IMG/VR virus record: IMGVR_UViG_3300010885_023630
Span: 32,001-96,000 of that record
DNA length: 64,000 bases
Strand: one strand, 5' to 3'
Source of the DNA: a virus
Position numbers and translations under genes: made by a program. The notes below the pieces were generated by a model that was given only the letters and a program-made list of their open reading frames with translations, did no database searches and was not told where the DNA came from. Below, one piece after another: positions 58,871-64,000 of this stretch (positions within the stretch are counted from its first letter, which is position 1; every line of letters starts with the position of its first letter).

Positions 58871-59395
58871 ATGTTGATATTTTTAGATACAGAATTTACA
58901 GATTTTCCTGAGTCCGAGTGCGACTTGATCTCCATTGGATTAGTTGACGAAAACGGTAGGGAATTCTACGCAGAAAGCACACAGTACCGGCAAGAGGCCT
59001 GTAGCCAATTTGTGCGCGATGTGGTAATACCTTTATTGGGTAAACATCACAATCGTGTAGTGGATAACTATTTTGGCATTGCTAAAAAGTTAAATGAATG
59101 GTTAAAGTTTTACGACAATCCACACGATGTTGTTACTATCTGCTTTGACTACAATACAGATTGGGCATTAATGGCTCGTATGCTATTATTGCTACCTGAA
59201 GAAGAATTGTTTGACAACATCCAAGCAAAAAACATTTGGGGCGACTTAGACAAACAAGCCTTAGATTGGTTTTGGATGGAACGAGACACAATAGGCTGGC
59301 AACAGCACATGGCATTATATGACGCACATGGAAATAGATTTGCGTACAAGCCTTTAGTAAGAAATCGTCATAATGAACTTAACGGAGAACAGTAA
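58871..59395 (+). CDS. DEDDh 3'-5' exonuclease (Rv2179c/RNase AS-like)
   Basis: IFLDTEFT...LISIGLV, DW and HMALYDA motifs. Confidence 0.85.
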   Translation: MLIFLDTEFTDFPESECDLISIGLVDENGREFYAESTQYRQEACSQFVRDVVIPLLGKHHNRVVDNYFGIAKKLNEWLKFYDNPHDVVTICFDYNTDWALMARMLLLLPEEELFDNIQAKNIWGDLDKQALDWFWMERDTIGWQQHMALYDAHGNRFAYKPLVRNRHNELNGEQ

Positions 59396-60567
59396 TGGCA
59401 ACAGTAGCTGGTATTAAAATTAAATCCAAGGCAAAAACACAACGCAACCCATTGATGGTTGATGAAAAGTACACAGGCGGTGAGCCAGTCTGGGACACCG
59501 AACGTGCCACAGCATTTGATGATGCCACATTTGACCATTTTATGCGTCAAAGTTTTTACTACTACAATTACTATTACAGCCAAAAAGATTGTAAAAAGTA
59601 TGTGATAGAGTGGATGAAAACACCTGAGCTTAAATTTACAGCCGGGGATATTAAAACATTTCAGCGTAGCCCAGATAAAGCAATTGAAATGACAGCGTGT
59701 AGTCTTATTATGGCAAATCGCGTTGGTATGCCATTCCGTGGACGTCACGTTGAATACATTAAAGGTTGTATTGCTCGAGCAATTACTAGCACAGCCGATG
59801 AAGTTGAAGAAATAGTAGCAGACAAACCTAAAGCATACGTTCCTACTATTCAAGACCGCATGAACGAAAAGACAGCAGATACAATTGGCGAGCTTGAAGG
59901 TCATTATGATGAGTTTATAATGAATTCTAAGTATCAGTTTAAGTGTTATGATTTCTTAGTTGCCAACAACGTGCCGCAAAGTCAGCTTAGTAAATACGAA
60001 GCAGTTTATCAGGCACGATTTGACGAGCTCAAAGCCGCATACGAAAAACAAGATCCTCAATTGGTTGAAGGCTACAGCCACCTGAAGGCCGCAGACTTTA
60101 AACGGTTCTTTACTTTCCTTGATCAAATCTTAAACGACATACAACAATATCGTGGAGTCAAGAAAGCCACCAAAAAAGTACGTGCGCCCAAGTCTATTAG
60201 CAAGGAAAAAGTAGTTAGCAAACTCAAGTATGCCAAAGAAGATAAAATATTGCGTCTTGTAAGTGTGAACCCAGTTGATATCATTGGCGCCCAAGAGCTT
60301 TGGGTGTTTAATATTAAAACTCGTAAACTGGGCAAGTATGTTGCTGATAGTTTACAAGGACCATTGCGTATTAAAGGTACCAGTGTCGAAGGATTTGATC
60401 CTTTTAAATCTAACAGCAAAACATTGCGTAAGCCCGAAGAAAAGCTCAAGGAGTTTGCCAAGGCTACAAAAGTCCAATTACGCAAGTTCCTGGAAGATAT
60501 TAAAGCCACTGAAACTAAACTCAATGGGCGTATTAGCACAGATGTAGTGCTACTTAAAACGGCATAA
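59395..60567 (+). CDS. Hypothetical phage protein (basic C-terminus)
   Basis: 390-aa ORF with GGAG RBS, coupled to the exonuclease; no motif I can assign. Confidence 0.7.
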   Translation: MATVAGIKIKSKAKTQRNPLMVDEKYTGGEPVWDTERATAFDDATFDHFMRQSFYYYNYYYSQKDCKKYVIEWMKTPELKFTAGDIKTFQRSPDKAIEMTACSLIMANRVGMPFRGRHVEYIKGCIARAITSTADEVEEIVADKPKAYVPTIQDRMNEKTADTIGELEGHYDEFIMNSKYQFKCYDFLVANNVPQSQLSKYEAVYQARFDELKAAYEKQDPQLVEGYSHLKAADFKRFFTFLDQILNDIQQYRGVKKATKKVRAPKSISKEKVVSKLKYAKEDKILRLVSVNPVDIIGAQELWVFNIKTRKLGKYVADSLQGPLRIKGTSVEGFDPFKSNSKTLRKPEEKLKEFAKATKVQLRKFLEDIKATETKLNGRISTDVVLLKTA

Positions 60568-60568
60568 C

Positions 60569-60605
60569 GTTCTTGTGTACAGTAATAAATACTGTACATA
60601 GGAAC
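60569..60605 (+). promoter_or_regulatory. 16-bp hairpin holding the late promoter in its loop and sequestering the gp13 RBS
   Basis: GTTCTTGTGTACAGTA-ATAAA-TACTGTACATAGGAAC; TAAATA at 60586-91, AGGA at 60600-03. Confidence 0.8.
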
Positions 60606-60610
60606 TAATA

Positions 60611-61525
60611 ATGGCCACCCCATATCCAAACACACCAACTGCTGAACCCGGCTTTGATATACACAATAACTTCACAGCCAAGAGTTTATTTAACCCTGCC
60701 ACAGGTAGTCAAAGTGGCCCACATATCGCCTTTGATGGATCGGTTTTAAGCAGTAACGACGCCCAAAGAGCCGCAATTACAGACTACATACGTATGCGCT
60801 TAGGCGACGGCATCGTTGATGTTGAATTAGACAAAGAACACTATGAAATGGCAATCAATCAAGCACTGATTAAGTATCGCCAAAAAGGACAAAATTCTGT
60901 AGAAGAAAGTTACGCAAGTTTACAGCTTCTACCGGAAACACAAGAATACATACTGCCTAAAGAAGTACAAAACGTTAGAGCAATTTATCGCCGGGGTATC
61001 GGTAGCGTAACAGGAACAACAGCAAGTCAATTTGAACCGTTCAGTTCTGGCTACTTGAACACTTATATGTTAGTAGCCGGTCGTGTTGGCGGCCTGGTAA
61101 ACTACGAACTGTTTGTGGACTACCAGAAACTAGCGATGAAGATGTTTGGCGGTTATATGAACTTTACATTTAACCCAGTAACAAAGAAACTTACTATTAT
61201 ACGTAAGATGCCTTTCCAGGGTATAAACCCTCCCTTAGATCAGCAAGAGTCTGTATTGCTTTGGTTATACAACGTCAAACCAGATCAAATGATTTTCAAT
61301 GACACTTATGCGTTTCCTTGGATACAGGAATATGCTTACAGTTTTGCCAAACGCATTGTAGGTGAAGCACGTAGTAAATTTAGCAGTATTGCCGGCCCAC
61401 AGGGTGGCACTACAATGAATGGCGATGCTTTAAAGCAAGAAGCCACGGCCGAAATGGAAAAGCTAGAAGACGAATTAAAAACCTACATTGATGGCTCGGT
61501 TCCACTAACTTGGGTAACGGGATAA
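60611..61525 (+). CDS. gp13: Neck protein gp13-like
   Basis: RLGDGIVDVELD, WIQEYAYS..K..GEARSKF..IAGPQGG..NG. Confidence 0.85.
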   Translation: MATPYPNTPTAEPGFDIHNNFTAKSLFNPATGSQSGPHIAFDGSVLSSNDAQRAAITDYIRMRLGDGIVDVELDKEHYEMAINQALIKYRQKGQNSVEESYASLQLLPETQEYILPKEVQNVRAIYRRGIGSVTGTTASQFEPFSSGYLNTYMLVAGRVGGLVNYELFVDYQKLAMKMFGGYMNFTFNPVTKKLTIIRKMPFQGINPPLDQQESVLLWLYNVKPDQMIFNDTYAFPWIQEYAYSFAKRIVGEARSKFSSIAGPQGGTTMNGDALKQEATAEMEKLEDELKTYIDGSVPLTWVTG

Positions 61526-61533
61526 GTATTACT

Positions 61534-61902
61534 ATGAAAATTACAGAAATTATTGTTGAATCAAGATTGCCTTTGGACCAGGTTTCTGCAACCCCTGGTA
61601 TGAAAATTCATAAAGAGTTACAAAGTTCAGACCCGTATAATTCTTACAAGTTTGGTGTAAACTTAGCCGGCGCCCCGGAGTTCCACCACCCACCCGATTT
61701 AGAAGGTCCAGCTGGGCAGGCATTGGTTACAGTTGCCTACACAGATGCTTGCGAAGCCATCATTGATGCTACAGAAAAAGCCCACGGTGTATCGAGCAAA
61801 CGTATTAGCCCACGCGGAAGCCAAGAAGCCGCTGACGTACACAAGGTTAGTCCGCACCGTTCGGTTGGCCCGATTGCACTTAACCGTAAATCCAAAAAAT
61901 AA
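61534..61902 (+). CDS. Hypothetical late protein, possible internal head protein
   Basis: TAAGTA-N5-ATG; N-terminus MKITEIIVES. Confidence 0.6.
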   Translation: MKITEIIVESRLPLDQVSATPGMKIHKELQSSDPYNSYKFGVNLAGAPEFHHPPDLEGPAGQALVTVAYTDACEAIIDATEKAHGVSSKRISPRGSQEAADVHKVSPHRSVGPIALNRKSKK

Positions 61903-61929
61903 TTTGACTTAACCAGCAATTTATGTAAT

Positions 61930-61958
61930 AATGCTCTTACTAACTAAGGGCATTTTTT
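61930..61958 (+). terminator. Terminator-like hairpin overlapping the dNMP-kinase promoter and RBS
   Basis: AATGCTCTTA-CTAAC-TAAGGGCATT followed by TTTT and then ATG. Confidence 0.6.
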
Positions 61959-62573
61959 ATGATCATCGGTATCTGCGGATTTATTGGTAGCGGTAAAGAC
62001 ACTATAGCTGACTATTTGGTTAACTTCCACGAGTTTAGACGTGATAGTTATGCCGGAACTCTCAAAGATGCTGTAGCGGCTGTATTTAACTGGGATCGTG
62101 AGCTATTAGAAGGACGCACCAAACAAGCCCGCGAATGGCGAGAACAAGTAGATCCCTGGTGGGCCAACCGCTTGAACATGCCTACCCTAACCCCTAGACT
62201 AGTACTACAGCTCTGGGGAACGGAAGTGTGCCGTAAAGGGTTCCATGACGATATTTGGATTGCTAGTGTAGAGAACAAACTGCGTACCAGCCGGGATAAT
62301 ATTGTTATTAGCGATTGTCGTTTCCCTAACGAAATTAAAAGCATTAAACAGGCCGGCGGCAGAGTCATCTGGGTTAAACGAGGAGAATTGCCTAGCTGGT
62401 ATATTATGGCAGGCAAAGCCAATACAGGTGATATAGTAGCTCAGGCCAAACTCAAAGAGCTTGGTGTACACATCAGTGAAACTGCCTGGGTAGGCACAGA
62501 GTTTGATGCGGTCATTGACAACAACGGTAGTATTGATGATCTATATACAGCAGTTAAAAGTCTGGTACAATAG
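61959..62573 (+). CDS. gp1: Deoxynucleoside monophosphate kinase
   Basis: GFIGSGKDT P-loop, TPRLVLQLWGTE, ISDCRFPNE, HISE. Confidence 0.92.
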   Translation: MIIGICGFIGSGKDTIADYLVNFHEFRRDSYAGTLKDAVAAVFNWDRELLEGRTKQAREWREQVDPWWANRLNMPTLTPRLVLQLWGTEVCRKGFHDDIWIASVENKLRTSRDNIVISDCRFPNEIKSIKQAGGRVIWVKRGELPSWYIMAGKANTGDIVAQAKLKELGVHISETAWVGTEFDAVIDNNGSIDDLYTAVKSLVQ

Positions 62574-62904
62574 GGGCAGGTTTCCACGCAACCTTGGATT
62601 TATACAGCTCTTGCTGACAATTTAAACAAACAGTTTTATAGTTAATCCAATTGTTATTCTTTAAATTCCCATCGACATAAAACACATTAGACTGTGATGC
62701 TAACTTAAATTTAAAGTTACACAACTCACAACGATCCTTCTTTTTATAACCTGATTTAACCCATGCCGGTGCTTCGGGTTTATTTTTCCTGCCAGACCTA
62801 ATACAACCAGCACAACTATTTCGATAGTGTGTTATACCTTCGCGGATATAGTTAACAGCCACAGGGTTTTTGGTACATATAGGGCATAAATCACGTTTCA
62901 GCAT
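62554..62904 (-). CDS. Zn-binding HNH-like protein (degenerate)
   Basis: Four CxxC pairs and YVDGNLKNN...N.KTVCLNC. Start ATG 62904 after TAAATA-N5. Confidence 0.7.
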   Translation of the reverse strand: MLKRDLCPICTKNPVAVNYIREGITHYRNSCAGCIRSGRKNKPEAPAWVKSGYKKKDRCELCNFKFKLASQSNVFYVDGNLKNNNWINYKTVCLNCQQELYKSKVAWKPAPIVPDF

Positions 62905-63005
62905 ATAGCTATTTAAGTCAAACCTTCCCAAAGGCTCCTGTAAACGGCATCATTTTGAACCTTTAGAATAAATAACTTTAACATGTATTATAAAGGAAAA
63001 TAACC

Positions 63006-64000
63006 ATGGCACTAGTATCCCCAGGAATTCAAATTTCCGTAAACGATCAGAGTCAGTACGTTAACAGTAACGTAGGATCTGTACCATTAGTAGTACTAGC
63101 AACAGCTCAAGATAAGACCTATAACGGCCAAATGGCTACAGGAACTACTAAAGCAAATGCTGGAAAATTAATGAGCTTTACAAGTCAACGAGACTTAGTA
63201 ACAGCGATGGGAACACCTACTTTCCAACTTAGCGCCGCTGGCACACCATTACACGGTAACGAACTAAACGAATACGGTTTGTTAGCCGCTTACTCGGCAT
63301 TAGGCCTAACTAACCAGTTATATGCTATCCGCGCCGACATAGATTTAAATCAATTAACAGGTACAAGTAACCGCCCAATTGGTATGCCAATTGACGGACA
63401 GTATTGGTTAGATACTGCCAATAGCGAATTTGGTCTATACGAATTAGCAACTAACGCAACAACGTTAGCACAAGGATTTTCCCATATTGATCCTTTGGAA
63501 ATTACAGATTCAAAACAAGTATCAAACGACAATGCTTATGCTTATGCCGTTCCAACTCCTCTTGCTAGTGTGGGACAAGTTGGTAGCTATGCTTTAGTTC
63601 TAGTTAATACAGACGGAACAACAGCAACTACAATTCGTTTGTTTTACAAAGCAACATCAACATCGGTTGCTGGATTATCTAATTCTTGGGTACAAGTTGG
63701 TTCTACTGCTTGGCAAAAAACTCGCCCAGTGGCAACTGGTACTACTGCCAGCCCAACAATTCCGTTAGGAAGTATTTTAACTTTTGCTAACTACAGCCCA
63801 ATTACAACTACAAGTAACACAACAGTTTCTGGATTAGCAACAGACATTAACAACGCGGCTATTCCGGGTGTATTTGCCAACGTAGACAGCACAGGTCACT
63901 TGATGCTGTTTGTAACTAGTGCTGCAAAGAGCGCAGGTAATAGTGCTACAGCCGACGGTAAAATTACAATTACTTCATTCTTATCTAACACAGGTGCTAA
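63006..64000 (+). CDS. gp18: Tail sheath protein (5' part, runs off the window)
   Basis: Manual translation MALVSPGIQISVNDQSQY...TSQRDLV...GTP.F...HGNELNEYGLLAAYSALG; AAGGA RBS; late promoter 62969-74. Confidence 0.9.
   Translation, partial: MALVSPGIQISVNDQSQYVNSNVGSVPLVVLATAQDKTYNGQMATGTTKANAGKLMSFTSQRDLVTAMGTPTFQLSAAGTPLHGNELNEYGLLAAYSALGLTNQLYAIRADIDLNQLTGTSNRPIGMPIDGQYWLDTANSEFGLYELATNATTLAQGFSHIDPLEITDSKQVSNDNAYAYAVPTPLASVGQVGSYALVLVNTDGTTATTIRLFYKATSTSVAGLSNSWVQVGSTAWQKTRPVATGTTASPTIPLGSILTFANYSPITTTSNTTVSGLATDINNAAIPGVFANVDSTGHLMLFVTSAAKSAGNSATADGKITITSFLSNTGA

Noticed and set aside
1114-63532. Numerous short antisense or alternate-frame ORFs in the supplied track (e.g. 1114-1434, 24835-25206, 35883-36458, 59368-59904, 60123-60638)
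   Set aside because: They are fully nested within confident genes, have no RBS or motifs, and are explained by codon bias of the sense gene.
1-64000. Stop-codon reassignment as seen in some large phages
   Set aside because: Core genes are full length in code 11, and TAG (e.g. gp21) and TGA (e.g. gp55) are used as real stops.

Overview
This is a 64-kb segment of a large T4-like (myovirus) phage genome in the standard genetic code. It carries baseplate genes (gp25, gp5/VgrG, hub, gp26/gp51), the late sigma factor gp55, gp47/gp46, tape measure, head genes (gp20/21/22/23), a ~25-kb fibre/structural operon, neck and tail genes (gp15/14/13, start of gp18) and a dNMP kinase. Accessory islands are an adenylate-forming enzyme / Bug-TctC / adenylate-forming enzyme trio inserted between gp47 and gp46, two radical SAM-SPASM enzymes, an SGNH / glycosyltransferase-like / SGNH trio and a Maf/DUF115-like gene. 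The Bug protein suggests a betaproteobacterial host (inference). The main unexplained element is a ~545-nt ORF-free, densely structured region (16309-16854) directly behind a minimal GIY-YIG nuclease. It has many stems, a GNRA loop, a 7-bp pseudoknot and a duplicated GTGAC-N9-YGGATAAT motif, and is a candidate nuclease-associated ncRNA or RNA-primed origin. The regulatory grammar is also readable: TAAATA late promoters, many leaderless genes and RBS-sequestering hairpins. All calls come from reading motifs by eye; no database searches were run.
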